NCBI GenBank assembly: GCA_052327205.1
Contig: CM126204.1
Coordinates: 317,130,001-317,194,000 of the forward strand
Direction of reading: 5' to 3'
Length of the DNA: 64,000 nt
Origin: Somniosus microcephalus
Lineage: Eukaryota
Below the pieces are notes generated by a model, which did no database searches, was not told where the DNA came from, and saw nothing but the letters and a program-made list of their open reading frames with translations. Numbering within the stretch: the stretch's first letter is position 1; each line of letters begins with the position of its first letter. Shown here piece by piece: positions 1 to 12,641 of the stretch. A program made the position numbers and the translations under genes.

Positions 1-1370
1 ACACCCTTCCCTTACCTTCACATGGTCCATCTCGGACTCTTCCCTTCCCTTCCTCGACTTCTCCGTCTCCATCTCTGCGGATAGGTTATTGACAAACATT
101 CACTACAAGCCCACTGACTCCCACAGCTACCTGGACTGCACTTCCTCCCACCCCACTTCCGGTAAGGACTCTATTCCATTCTCTCAGTTTCTCGGTCTCT
201 GCCGCATCTGCTCTGACGATGCCACCTTCCATACCAGTCCTTTTTCCTCAACCGAGGATTCCCCTCTACTGTGGTTGACATCCCCCTTGACCGTGTCTGT
301 TCTATCTCCCGCACTTCTGCCCTCACACCTGCCCCTCACCCCCAGAACTACGATAGAGTTCCCCTTGTCCTCACCTTTCACCCCACCAGCCTCCACATTC
401 AACGGATCATCCTCCGCCATTTCTGCCACCTCCAGCGTGATCCCACCACCAAACACATCTTCCCCTCACCTCCCCTTTCAGCATTCCGTAGGGACCGCTC
501 CCTCCGCGACACCCTGGTCCACTCCTCTATCACCCCCAACACCCCTTCCCCTTCGCCCGGCACCTTCCCGTGCAAGCGCAGGAGATGCAACACATGCCCT
601 TATACCTCCCCCACTTCCCACTGTCCAGGGCCCTAAACACCCCTTCCAGGTGAAACAGCGAATTACTTATACTTCTTGCAATTTAGTATACTGTATTCGC
701 TGCTCATGATGCGGTCTCCTCTATATTGGGGAGACCAAACGCAGATTGGGTGACTGCTTTGCGGAACACCTCCGTTCAGTCCGTAAGGGTGACCCCGAGC
801 TTCTGGTCGCCTGTCACTTTAAATCTTCGCACCACTCCCACTCAGACCTCACCGTCCTCGACCTCTTGCATTGTTCCACTGAAGCTCGAGGAACAGCACC
901 TCATCTTTCGTTTAGGCACTTTACAGCCTTCTGGACTCAAATAGAGTTCAACAATTTCAGATCATAGCCTCGGCCCCTATCATATATATATTTTTCATCC
1001 ACACTTATGTCTGTCTTTTTTTCTTCTCTCCCACATGGCAGCTGTCTTTCATTTTGCCAGCACAATTCACACTTCATCTAGAGCCATCATTTATTTCTTA
1101 ACCTGTCCCATTACCACCTCCTTTTGCCTTGAATATCTCTTAATGCCTCTTAACCTCTCCTGCCTTCTATCCTATCACAGACCTTCCCTTTTGTTGTTTC
1201 ATCCCCTCCCCCCTTTCCCAGCCTCTACACTTGCTTAAAAATCTGTTCCATTTCCTGCTTTTTTCCAGTTCTGACGAAAGGTCATCGACCTGAAACGTTA
1301 ACTCTGTTTCTCTCTTCACAGATGCTGCCTGACCTGCTGAGTATCTCCAGCATTTTCTGTTTTTATTTAT
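1..1370 (+). mobile_element. Penelope-like retroelement, 3' part (RT thumb, Zn-finger linker, GIY-YIG endonuclease, pLTR), degenerate
   Basis: YKPTDSHSYLD..SSHP..KDSIPFSQF..CRICS, then CKRRRCNTC, then LVYCIRCS...LYIGET across frameshifts; the 3' repeat carries a hammerhead motif. Confidence 0.9.
1267..1303 (+). ncRNA. Minimal type-I hammerhead ribozyme motif in the Penelope pLTR
   Basis: AGTT-CTGACGA-A-AGGTC(ATC)GACCT-GAAA-CGTT-AACT: stem I AGTT/AACT, intact CUGANGA and GAAA cores, stem II, palindromic ACGT in place of stem III. Confidence 0.75.
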
Positions 1371-2003
1371 CTCTATATAATTGTTGTCCAGATATTTCTC
1401 AACTCAGATTCCCCAAATATTGCCACACCTCCCCTTGCCCACATCTCTAGTGTGCTGTGTTTTCTCGTTGCCCTTCAGCAGTCCAGTGAACAATTCTACA
1501 AACTACAACTTCTGTACCATGATCACGTGGGCATTCTATGAAATACAAAAGGATGAGAACTGTTATTTGGATTGTTTTAATGTGGTGTTTCCATTTTTAA
1601 ATTACTGCACTAAAACCTTTTTTGTTTTCAACCCACTTTAAGGTACAATTCCAGCAGATCATCCTCACTTCAAAAGGGGAAAGAGAAAGATGCAGGAATC
1701 CAGATTCCAAGTTCTGTACCCCATGAGTTGGGCTCTACAGAGTGACGTCTGTCTGTATCTTTGGGCTGAGGATGATCTGCAAACTATAACTCTGAATAGG
1801 GCCAGTTTTAATTGGGGGCTGGTGTCATCTGGAGCTGAGGCAGATGGCAAACTGTCCAGACCTCCGCAGCATGAGCCCTGTGATATTTTAACTCTTAGAC
1901 CTCCTCTCCATAGCCCACGCCCGTCTCCTGCCTGAACCTGGCATGAGCAGGTTGCTAGGTGGCAGGAGGCCGCTGCCAGGGAACCCAATAGAAGGATCCC
2001 CGG

Positions 2004-2208
2004 TGTGGTATCTTGAGGTGGCCATAGATGCAGACGGACACCGGTTAACTCCGTAACATGGTTTAATCAACACTTGCACATAAAAGCTTCTGCCATGAGG
2101 CAGCAAAAACAAAGAGTACCACAGTACAGATCAGACTTAATTCAGGAGAGCAATTGCCACAGCACCACCTGGTGGATCAGGTTACTCATAACCTCCCAGG
2201 TTACTGCA
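2004..2208 (-). repeat. 3' LTR
   Basis: Direct repeat of 6494-6698 with 5 substitutions; preceded on the - strand by the polypurine tract AAGGGGGGAGGAG (2209-2221). Confidence 0.97.
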
Positions 2209-2316
2209 CTCCTCCCCCCTTAAGATTGCCATATGCAATTCTTAAACAATAACCCTTACTAGGTACTACGTTTTAATTAACCAGTATGCTCTAACCATGG
2301 TTAACCCCTGACTAAT

Positions 2317-3569
2317 TTAACAGGTTTGTATAAGTCTTTCTGGTTGCTTGCGAATCCTTTGTGAACGTCTTAATTCCACTTGTGGTGGATTCTCAGATTC
2401 ATTCGCACTTGAGATTGGAGTAGTCTCTGATGTTGGTTTTACTCTGTCCCGCTGTGGCCTGGCAGTACCAGTGTCCACTGGCACCTTATAAGCCATGCTG
2501 GGTCCTGGAACAGCCTCCTCTACTGCCCTTTGTTCCATCTGAGGCAGTTCCCCCTACTGCCGGCTGAAAAGCTGATCCACATGCCGACAAACCCCTCGAC
2601 CATCCCCTAGTAACACGGAGTACGACACAGGTCCTGTAATGTCCTGGATTAGTCCTGGTATCCATTTAGGTCCATAAACGAAGTTCCGGGTGTACACAGA
2701 GTCCCCTATGGCGAAATGGCGAGCTTTAGTATGTTTGTCATGGTACGCTTTTTGGTTTGTTTGTTTTGTCTCAACCTTGCTTTTGAGATCTGGGTGTATC
2801 AGGTCTAACGTGCACCGCAACTTTCTCCCCATCATCAACTCAGCCAGAGAAAGCCCCGTGGTAGCTTGGGGTGTTATACGATAACTAAACAAGGCTCTAT
2901 TGAGCTTGGTCTCCAGGGTGTCACCTGAGCTCTTCCTCATGAGCTCCTTAAAAGTCTGCACGGCTCGCTCGGCTAACCCATTTGAGGCTGGGTGATATGG
3001 AGCTGAGGTGACATGTGTGATTCCATTCTTACCATGAATTCTTTGCTCCCTTCACTAACAAAACACTGTGCATTGTCGGATAAAATCATTTCTGGAATAC
3101 CATGCGTGCTGAAGCTGTTCCTGAGACAATTCAGTGTGGCATCAGTCGTTGCAGAGCTCACTGGATAAACGTCGATCCACTTTGAGTGAGCGTCAACCAG
3201 CACCAAAAACATTTTGCCCATAAAAGGTCCCGCATAGTCTATGTGAATTCTCCTCCAGGGTTTGCTGGGCCACTCCCAGGGATGGAGTGGTGCCCCGGCA
3301 GGTGCTTTCCTCTGTTCCTGACATATAGTGCATGACTTTACCTTTGACTCAATTTCAGCATCCAAGTTAGGCCACCACAGGTAGCTCCTAGCCAGTCCTT
3401 TCATTCTAGTCATTCCTGGGTGCGATTGATGCAACTGTTCCATCAAAGTAGAGCGTCCCCGCTCTGGGACTATGATGCGTGCTCCCCATAGCACACATCC
3501 ATCTTGGACACTGAGCTCGTGCTGTCTCTGTCTGTACGGCGCGAACTCCAGTCCCTCATGGTGATCTGG
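2317..3569 (-). pseudogene. Gypsy integrase region, disrupted
   Basis: HQSHPG...CTIC zinc finger, HIDYAG and SDN acidic residues, AERAVQT after a frameshift near 3020; split over three ORFs. Confidence 0.92.
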
Positions 3570-6323
3570 CTAGCCTTTCAACACATACTCACGGACCCTT
3601 GACAGAACGGGGTCCTTGGCTGTCCAGCCCTGGATTTGCGCTGAAGTCATCAGGGGACTGATCTCCTGATCCAGCATCAGGACGTGCTCCTCAGGGGAAG
3701 TACTGTGAGGAGATTTTGAGAGGGGCAGGCGGCTGAGAGCATCCGCGTTCCCGTTTTCCTTGCCGGCTCTGTACGTGATCACATATTCATAGGCTCTTAG
3801 TATTACTGCCCATCTCATTATTCTCTGTGATGCCATTTGAGGCACCGCTTTCATCTCATTCAGTAAGCTAATAAGAGGCTTGTGGTCAGTACTGATTACA
3901 AACTTCCTCCCATATATGTACTTATGGAATTTCTTTACTCCAAATATAATGGCCAACCCCTCTTTATCAAGCTGTGAATAGTTCTTTTCCGCAGCTGTGA
4001 GCGTGCGTGAAACAAACCCGATGGGCCTTTCTGCTCCATCTGGCATGCGGTGGGCCAACACTGCCCCCACTCCATAGGGTGATGCATCGCAGGACATTAT
4101 CAGCTCCTTCTTCTCGTCGTAATGCACCAACACCCTGCTGGACTGAAGTAGCTCCTTTGACTGCTGAAACGCTTTCGCTTGCTCTGGCCCCCAACGCCAT
4201 GGCTCCTCCTTTCTCAGCAGTTTGTGCAGGGGTGCCAGCAGCATCGATAAGTTTGGAAGAAACTGGTTATAATCATTCAGGAGCCCTAGATAGGCTTTCA
4301 GTTCAGTCACTGAGGTGGGTGCAGGTGCATCCTGCACTGCCCGCACTTTCCCTGGCAATGGATGGAGGCCTGTGGCATCCACCCAATGTCCCAGGAATGT
4401 AACTTCCTTCTCCATGAAACTACACTTACTCCGTTTCAGGCATAGCCCCGCCTCTTCCAGCCGCTGTAGCACTTTGTCCAGTGTTTTTAAGTGATCCTGA
4501 TCGTCACTTCCTGTTAGCAGAATATCATCTAAGTACACGGCCACCTTTGGAATGCCCTGCAGAATGCCCTCCATAGTCCGTTGGAATATTGCTGGGCTAG
4601 AACTGACACCAAATGGTAACCTGGCATACGTGAACAGCCCCTTGTGCGTGTTCACCGTGACAAACATTTTTGATTCTTCATCTAGCAATATCTGCTGATA
4701 CGCATGACTCATGTCCAGTTTGCTGAATCTTTCTCCCCCAGCGAGTGATGTTAACATGTCCTCCATTCTCGGAATGGGGTACTGTTCCAGTGATGATACT
4801 CTGTTCACTGTTAACTTATAGTCACCACACACCCTTACGTTACCGTCGGGCTTCAATACCGGGACTATTGGTGCCGCCCAGTCTGAAAATTTCACTGGTT
4901 CTATTACTTTGTCCCTTAGCAGGCGATCTAGTTCTGCCTCAACCTTGGTTTTCATTGCAAAAGGTACCGACCTTGGTTTAAAGAAACGAGGCGTGGCATC
5001 ACTGGCTACATGAATCTTGGCTGTGGCTCCCCTTAAGGTGCCCAGTTCGTCCTTGAACACTAACTCATGCTTCATCAGCACTTCTTGCAGTGCCTCTGTA
5101 CTGTCCTCCATTTTATTCATTGCCTGCCAGTAGACACTCAACTCACTGATCCACCCTCGCCCTAACAGGTTTGGCCCTGACCCTGCTACCACTACCACCG
5201 TAAGCTCTTTGGTGACTCCTTTGTGTTCCACTTGTACTTCGGCTGCCCCCAAAATGTCCACCTTCTGTCCTGTGTAGGTTTTGAGACTAATGGGGCATGT
5301 ACCTAGCTCTGGTACTTTTGCTTCCCCCCATAGCTTGGCGTACTCAGTCTGCGACATTATGGTTACACTACATCCGGTGTCAATCTCAAACTTTTCTTGA
5401 CCTCCGTTCACTATCAAATACTGAGTGAGAGGGGGTACGTTGGGCCTTGAAGTGTCTATACTGTATACAGTGAAAACCTCCTCACTAGACTCACTAGACT
5501 CTTCCTCCTCTTGTATGTAATTTGCCCGCTTTGTGTACTTCTCCCTCCCCCCTTTTGCATGCTTTGCCCCTTTAGCACTGCTTCTCTCACTCACTGCCCT
5601 TTTACAGACTTTCTTTAAGTGCCCTATTTTTCCACAATTGTGGCACTTTGCCTTTGCAAACCTGCTGTCCTTTGCATAATGGCTCGTCCCACCACATCGG
5701 TAGCAATCCCCAACCCCGACTGGTGGACTTTTCGCGCCAGCTTCCATCTTGAAAACAGCTCCTCTCACTGGTTTGCTCCATTTCTCCTTGCTCATACTGT
5801 TTAAGTCCTTAATGTCCTTGTTAGCCGTCTCCATGGCTTGTGCTTTTTTAAGTGCCGTCTCAAACGTTAATCCTTCTTCTGACAGCAACCTTTGCTGTAT
5901 ACTGTCGTCGTTAACTCCGCATACTAGTCTGTCCCTTAACATGACTGTGAGCGCATTTCCAAAATTACAGTCCTGTGCGAGCTTCTGAAGCTCCTCCACA
6001 TACTCAGTAACGCTTTCTTCCGGCCTCCTAATCCTCGAATTGAATTTCCATCTCTGTACTATTTCACTAGGTTTCGGATTGAAATGATTCTTTAGTAGAC
6101 TCACCAACTCGTGAAAAGATTTTTCTCCTGGCCGCTCTGGGCTCAGCAGATTCCTCATCCGTGTATAGGTTTGAGCTCCCACACAACTCAGTAAAATGGC
6201 CCTTTTCTTTTCAGCACTGTCCACCTCGTTTGCCATAAAGAAATGGCTCAGTATTTCAATATACTCCTCCCAAGACTGCGACTTGCTGTCAAAAGATGCC
6301 ACGGAGCCTATCGTTCCTGCCAT
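3570..6323 (-). pseudogene. Gypsy gag-pol: Gag, zinc knuckles, aspartic protease, RT, RNase H
   Basis: CHNCGKIGHLKKVC knuckle, FEIDTG protease, YLDD RT, CDAS...E...TDH RNase H; ends at a TAG where W is expected (G*PDH). Confidence 0.95.
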
Positions 6324-6481
6324 CCTTGGAGTCCAGTCACTTCAGCCAAAAAATCAAACTCCGTTTCAACTCCCACGACCTAGCCTCATGCTTTTCCGAC
6401 TAGTTTGCTAACCAACCCGAGCACCTCTTCCGAATACTCCCTAACTATGACTGATCCACCAAAACTTTTCCGTCCTTTATT

Positions 6482-6491
6482 CTCGTCGCCA
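6482..6491 (-). other. Primer binding site TGGCGACGAG
   Basis: 2 nt inside the 5' LTR; complementary to the 3' end (CTCGTCG-CCA) of vertebrate tRNA-Ser(GCT), recalled from memory. Confidence 0.8.
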
Positions 6492-6493
6492 TA

Positions 6494-6698
6494 TGTGGTA
6501 TCTTGAGGTGGCCATAGATGGAGACGGACACCGGTTAACTCCATAACATGGTTTAATCAACACTTGCACATAAAAGCTTCTGCCATGAGGCAGCAAAAAC
6601 AAAGAGTACCACAGTACAGATCAGACTTAACTTAGGAGAGCAATTGCCACAGCACCACCTGGTGGATCAGGTTACTCATAACCTCCCAGGTTACTACA
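6494..6698 (-). repeat. 5' LTR
   Basis: Direct repeat of 2004-2208; followed on the - strand by the PBS. Confidence 0.97.
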
Positions 6699-6860
6699 CC
6701 CGGCATTCGGGTAAGTGGTTGTGAGGGGAGTCGGGAGGGCATTGCAGGAGGGGAAGGGAAGCCTGGGGCAGGAAAGGTGTAAGGTTTCCTTGTGGGGCCA
6801 GGAGGAGCACTCTTACTCCCCTGGCCCACAACGAATCTAAAAGAAAATGCAATGTACTTA

Positions 6861-7539
6861 GGCCTAGAAATTTGGTGGGGCGCCAGCCTCGCCTGGGTGC
6901 CGGAAATTTCGCCCCGGAAGGAGCCGCAAGCGCCAGCCGGAAATTCAGTTTCAGCGCCCCAAATGGAAGCGGGGCGCTGCTCGAGGCGCCCCGTATCCCT
7001 CTTGGGGGCGCTGCAACTGAAAATCGCAGCGCAACGTGCCACAGCGCCACACGCTGCGGCACGGCACGCTGCGGTACTGCAGGCCTTCCTCCCCTTCTTA
7101 AAGGAGAGGGGCCTGCTGCAGCGCAATTGGAGATCGCGAGTGCCGGCAAAAGAGCCCGGCACCGAGGAGAAGTGCCGGGCTCTTGGGACACAGCTGGCAC
7201 AACGCGGGGTGGGGGGTGGCTCAGGAGGCTGGGGACGGCGGCGCGAAGAGGTGCTGGCAGGCGGCCAGCAAAATAAATGGCCGCCCCGCACCTCTCCTTT
7301 AATTAGCACCTCTACTGCCGCAGGTAGGCCCCCCTGAACCGGTCGCAAATTGCGACCGGCGTTACAGCAGGGGGCGCTGCGCACACCGATGACATCATCG
7401 GTGGCGGCGCAGCACTACAGGCTAACGCCGCCATTAGCGCCCTGCTAAATTTCGCGGGAGGCATGGCCAGTGGCGCTAAACCCACTAAGTGCCCTCTTTG
7501 GGCGCTAACTGGTGGCGCAGCCCACTGAATTTCTAGGCC
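6861..7539. mobile_element. PIF/Harbinger-type MITE
   Basis: TIR GGCCTAGAAATT / AATTTCTAGGCC; 3-bp TSD TTA on both sides; GC/CpG-rich interior. Confidence 0.88.
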
Positions 7540-7844
7540 TTACTTTTCTGGACTTCTTCTGGCCCAGCACTTCTTGCCAGCAGATTGGCCTGCTGGGGAA
7601 GCCACATCGGCATATCCACGCAGGCCTTGGTTAAAATTGCATTCGCCGCCCCAATGATGTCATTGGAGCCCCTTCTGCATATCCTAAAGAAGGACCCTTC
7701 TGCTGGGTGTCTCACTCACCTGCTTGGAAGAGTGGGTTAAAATCGCAACCTGTGGGAAAGTAGTGGGATCGGTGTGAATTAGTCGAATGGACCATTTTAA
7801 CCGCCCGCCCACTCAGTTTTCACCAGGTTTATCAACTGAAAGAC

Positions 7845-7982
7845 AACAATGCTGACAATTCAGCACTTGCTCAGTACTGCACTGAATATGTCAGCCTGGA
7901 ATATCTGCTCAAGTTCAGTGCGGTTTGAACCCACGACCTTCTGAGTCAGAGTTGAGGGTGCTATCACTGAGCCAAGTCGGAC
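7845..7982 (-). mobile_element. SINE 5' (tRNA head) fragment
   Basis: TTTGAACCCACGACCTTCTGAGTCAGAG...CACTGAGCCA is the reverse-complement head of the same SINE. Confidence 0.7.
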
Positions 7983-9457
7983 ATCTAAATAAAGATCATT
8001 GTATCATTGAGGAATTTAAATCCAGTAGCAATACCCGTAATCTAAAGCTTGTGGTTTTGGAGGGATGCTGAACAATGTTCAGTATCAAAAGCTCTTCAAA
8101 CCCTAAAATTGTTATAATCCGCATAGAAAAATTCTCTCATCGTAAGTGACAGTTTTGTCAGTGGATATTAAACTCAGATATTTTGGGACATTTTAATTTT
8201 CCCACTGGTATGTTGCGACATTGTATTACTCTGAGTTCACTGTACTCGCAGACAACCAAGAAGGCAACATTGAGTTTCTTCAAAATGATGATTTTTCCAA
8301 TGACCAGTCTGTCATTTTTACTTTTTGATTGCTAAATCCATGGTTGATATATTAGGGAGACAACAATATATTTGAATGGATTGTGCCTCTCAAGAGCAGG
8401 TGATGCTGCTTGAAGTTATTTCACGTGGCCTTTTGATGCCACGTGATGCTATCTATAGGAAAATATGTTGTATCTGTTATAGTAAAGGATTACTCTATCT
8501 GTTACATTGTTCTCAGATGACTGCAGTTTATCTTGGTTGCAAATTCCTGTTCCTCCCCCTGTGCCTTATTTTGTAAAACCTAAATCTATAATTGATAAAG
8601 AGAGCACTTTTAGGACCTACATGAGGCAAGTCTTTGGCTGACTGTTGTTTCAGTCAATTGCAATAACTTGATCTCTTGAGAAATTAATCTGAAGCATCAC
8701 TAGAGCCACGGTCCTAACATTCTTGGCAATTCTGAACCCAATCTCTACAAGTCATTGGTCTGATTTTTTACAAGGCACAATATATAATGTAAGTTTACAA
8801 TTAATAGCACTGAACTGGCAGGAGTATGGCTCATAAATTTATGAAGATTTAATTTTGATAATTTATACTTGGGGATAAACTAATAATCAGATTCCAAATA
8901 TCAGTGATTAATATGGTGACAATGTATATCCTTATCCCACTCTACATAGGTTAACTAGAACATCCTTTTGCAATGTATTTCAACAGGAATTTTGTTACTT
9001 GCTTCCCAAGTGCTTTGCCTTGTACCATAAGCTTTTGCTTGTTTTGTTATTGTATTCTGGAGATTGCTGAGCAGTCTGAAAGTGTGTAGTTCATGGGTCA
9101 GTGCGGAGATTTGCTACAGTTGTAATTGGAGTCACCTCCTTAACTGTACCTCCAAGTACAGGCTTGTTGGTAAATGAGGATGATGTTATAACATGAAAAT
9201 GATATCAGAAGGACCCTGAGCCAGACATGAATATGGAAACTTGAGAAATGGAGGGGAAAAAATTCCACATTTAGGGAAAAATGAATAATCCCACAAAAGT
9301 TTAGCAGATATCACATTTGCTATAAGATAAACGTTATTGTTTTGTAATTGTAAAGGAAGAGTTTCAGAGCTGCTACTCCTGGCCATTGCAGGAATTGTCT
9401 CCGTTTCAACTCCCAAAAAGAGCAAGATAGCAATGACTAGTTGAATACTATTCTATA

Positions 9458-10119
9458 ACCCTGATTTTAACTTAGGGCGGGTATCGGGCTGTTAGGGCAA
9501 ACTGTCCTTACCTCAGCAGCGTAAAGTCCAAATGATTTTAACTTTCAGGCCTCATCTGCATGTCCCCAGTCAGTTCCCTGCCAAAAACTGGCGAGAAGTG
9601 GCAACTGGCTGGTGGGCAGAAGCAAAATGTCAGGTGGCAGGAGGCCAGAAGCGGGAACAGGAAGGAACAGTCTCTGGACTCGGGTAAGTTGTGGAGAGGG
9701 GTTTTATGGAGGGCTTTGTGATCGAAGGTGGGAGCCCAGGGAAGGGAAGGCCTAAACTTTCCTTGTGAGGCCCAAAGGGCCACTCCTGCTCCTCCAGGCC
9801 ACACAAGGAAAGTTTAAAAAAAAAGTTTAAAAACTTACCTGATTGAGCTTTTTCTGGCCCTTACCCTTCTTCCTGCTAGCTTCATTTGGCGGGAAAACTC
9901 CAATGGCTTCCCCACTCAGGCCACTGGTTAAACTTGCAGTCGGGCCCCAATGACATCATTGGATGTCCTTCCCGCCTCCTCAGAAGAGCAGATTAAAATG
10001 GAAGACTGCGGAAAGGGAGCAGGACGTCAACAGGTAAATCTCCTGGGCGATTTTAGCTACCTACCGATCTGGCATCAGCTGAGGAGGCAGTGTACTCCTG
10101 GCCATTGCAAAATCACCCC
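9458..10119. mobile_element. Older MITE, CCCTGATTTTAAC-type ends
   Basis: Imperfect TIRs CCCTGATTTTAAC / AAAATCACCCC; homologous to two other copies in the window. Confidence 0.7.
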
Positions 10120-10304
10120 TTATTTTGGGAAGGGAGAGTGCAGTTGGGAAAAACCAGATACTGAAAATGTTGGCTTGCATTACAAAATATGTCTGTCAGT
10201 AGAAATCAGCATATTCAGTATTATTTGTGGATTGAGAAGGGAGGATTTAGGAGTATAGTGTGCCAAGGCCAACACTAAATGGTTCTAGTTAAATGTACTC
10301 TGAT

Positions 10305-10550
10305 CCTGGAATTCTAATGGGCCAATCCACTTTCCAGTTAATCCTACTATATACAATTCTAAAACATCAGTCAATTGTTGTAGAATTCTACTACCCAAAG
10401 ATACTCACTGTATAGAATTCTGGTCACAGTCACTCCCACTAGATACTGTACAATTTTTTCAATACATCAATCCACTTCCCAGTCACTTCCACAGGCTGCA
10501 ATTCTAGTGGACCAATTCACTACTCTTACAGTATACAGTTCCTAATTGGA
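10305..10550 (+). repeat. Degenerate tandem repeat (AATTCT...CCAATCCACTTCCCAGTCACT units)
   Basis: AATTCT-like anchor recurs about every 30-50 bp, with similar CCAATCCACT and CAGTCACT segments. Confidence 0.55.
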
Positions 10551-11381
10551 AGACCAAAAAGTTCCTAATTAACAAATTTTTAATGTTCAGCAAGAAGTAT
10601 GGTCTGTCTGCCTCCAAATTAAACCTGAGACAGCAGGAAACCTCTGAAGTCTATTCAATTATAGCTTTTACTTCAGTACGTGCCATTGTACGATCAGACA
10701 AAAATGCTGAGTGACTGATTGAGTAAATAGGCTTCAGTTCAGAGATTTTCCAATTGACTAGTTTATTGAAGTGTATGGTTTCTTGGCAAACCAATTACGT
10801 GTTTATCAGAATTAGACTGGATAGAGGATACGCTGCTGTGTATTTTAAAACCTGAATGAACTTCTGTGTCGAGAGTTAAAGTAAAGTTGACCCTGATCAG
10901 ATTGGTTGTTTTTGCCAAAGGAAACACTCGTGGTGTAACTAAAGCACAGGCGCTCGTGAATTGGTGAATACGAAAAGATTCCACGACTAGCCAGCAATCT
11001 CGCTCACAGTGCCAAATTGTTTGAAATTGAGTGGTTTTATGCCAGTATTCTTTTTGCTGACAAATATAATCACTTTGAAGCAATTTCTATATTAGTGCTT
11101 GCCTCCGTGCAAATGGAATAACCCTCAGCATGTCGGGTAGTACAGTTAAATATAGAGGCCACTCCCTCAGCTTCAAGCACCTCTGGGTTTGGAACAGGAG
11201 TGCTATTATATTCGGGTCTCATTTGAATAGATTCTGAGATGGTGCCATGTAAGGAATGTGGTCACATTGGGGATGATACTGAATCACTCAGGGCATTAAT
11301 GTATGGTGTTGGTATACTGAGGAGATCCTGCTGGAAAGAATCTCTGCCATGTGATGCAAAGTTTCATTGCAACAGATATAC

Positions 11382-11510
11382 GCAGGTCATTTTACCCAAA
11401 CCCGCCTGACAATGAAGTCAGTGGAAAGTGAAATCGGGTGGGGTGTAAAACGGGTGACCAATCCGATCCCGTCAGTTTCTCGCCAGACGGATTAGGTTAA
11501 AATGACTCCC
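11382..11510. mobile_element. Tiny MITE-like element
   Basis: GGTCATTTTACC ... GGTTAAAATGACTCCC imperfect TIRs resembling the ATTTTAAC family. Confidence 0.45.
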
Positions 11511-11941
11511 TATATCTGATGTATGAAATTTTGAAAGCAGTTTTTAAGATTTTTTTCCCACTAATTTTCTTACTCTTCTCTGATGCGAAGCAGTGTACAG
11601 TACCTCACCCAAATGACCATTCTTATATAAGGCTGGAGAGTGAATGTTGATGGGCTACTTAATTAACCACGTCAAGTAACTAACCACATTGCTCTATATA
11701 GCTGTAGTCCATTGGGTCCCATTCACACATGCAGTGAACCCCTGACATGACTGTCATTCCAATCGATACATTATTTATCCCATAGTTGCTTGTGTTACAG
11801 TATTTATGCAAGTGAGGTTGACTGGATGTGAAACATTCACAACATTGTTGCTGGTTGTTATGCTGTCATCGTTTAAATATAACTCCTCTAATGTATCATT
11901 AGCATCTCCCAAGATTTATGTTCTATAAATTTCTGACACTA

Positions 11942-12641
11942 AGGGGCAAAAATTCGGTTGCTTTGTGCCTCACGTTAGCGCCCCGGGCACTAACGGGGTG
12001 CAAAGCAACTAGCGCCTGGGCGTGGCGCCGCTAACGCCTCCCACGAAATTCATAGGGAGGTTAGCGAAGGCGGTAGCCGGTAGCGCCCCATGGCGTTGCG
12101 CCTCCGGCAATGACGTCACTACCGTGTCCAGCGCCCTGCTCGCACCCCGGCCACAAACCTGACTCGCGCCCCCTGACCTACCGCCGGACGCTATGTCTGA
12201 CAGGGTCAGGGTGGTGTTTTCTGCGGCCGGGGCGGCGATAATTAAAGGGCAGGTGCCGGGTGGCCATTTTTTATTGGCCACCTGCCAGCACCTGCCCCCT
12301 CTCGCCTCCTGCTGCAGGGTGCCAGTCGGGCAGCCCGGCGCTCCTCTTGAGTGCCGGGCTGTTTTCCCGGCACCCCCGCTCCCCGGTGATCCAGTAGGGC
12401 CCCGGTGCGTGCAGCGCTAGGCCCCTCCACTTTAATCAGGGAAGAGAGGCCTGCAGTACCACAGCGCTACATGCCGCTGCGCATGGCGCTGCTGCTCATA
12501 GCGCCGTGATATTCAATGGGAGCGCCCCAAGAGGGAGGGGGAGCGCTTCCAATAGCGTCCCGCCTCCTGCTTGGGGCGCTACCATTGAATTTCGGGCGCG
12601 GTGGGCGCTAACTTTTTCGGGGCACGAGCCAATTTCCCCCT
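11942..12641. mobile_element. PIF/Harbinger-type MITE related to 6861-7539
   Basis: TIR AGGGGCAAAAATT / AATTTCCCCCT; TSD CTA; interior resembles the reverse complement of 6861-7539; many TAGCGCC motifs. Confidence 0.8.

Larger units (their letters stand above)
2004..6698 (-). mobile_element. Full-length Ty3/Gypsy LTR retrotransposon (K02A2.6/Mag-like, single gag-pol frame), defective
   Basis: 205-bp LTRs at 2004-2208 and 6494-6698 with TG...CA ends; 5-bp TSD CCCGG (1999-2003, 6699-6703); PBS, PPT and Gag-PR-RT-RH-IN domain order. Confidence 0.97.
1799..7840. mobile_element. Older MITE copy split by the Gypsy element and by a younger MITE (pieces about 1799-2003, 6699-6860, 7543-7840)
   Basis: The rejoined pieces are colinear with 9458-10119 and 20827-21497 (GGTGGCAGGAGGCC, CGGGTAAGT, central hairpin, CCAATGAYRTCATTGG). 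Confidence 0.75.

Noticed and set aside
6632-7384. Several 130-250 aa ORFs on both strands
   Set aside because: Stop-poor GC-rich MITE sequence; no recognisable domain, and the ORFs cross element boundaries.
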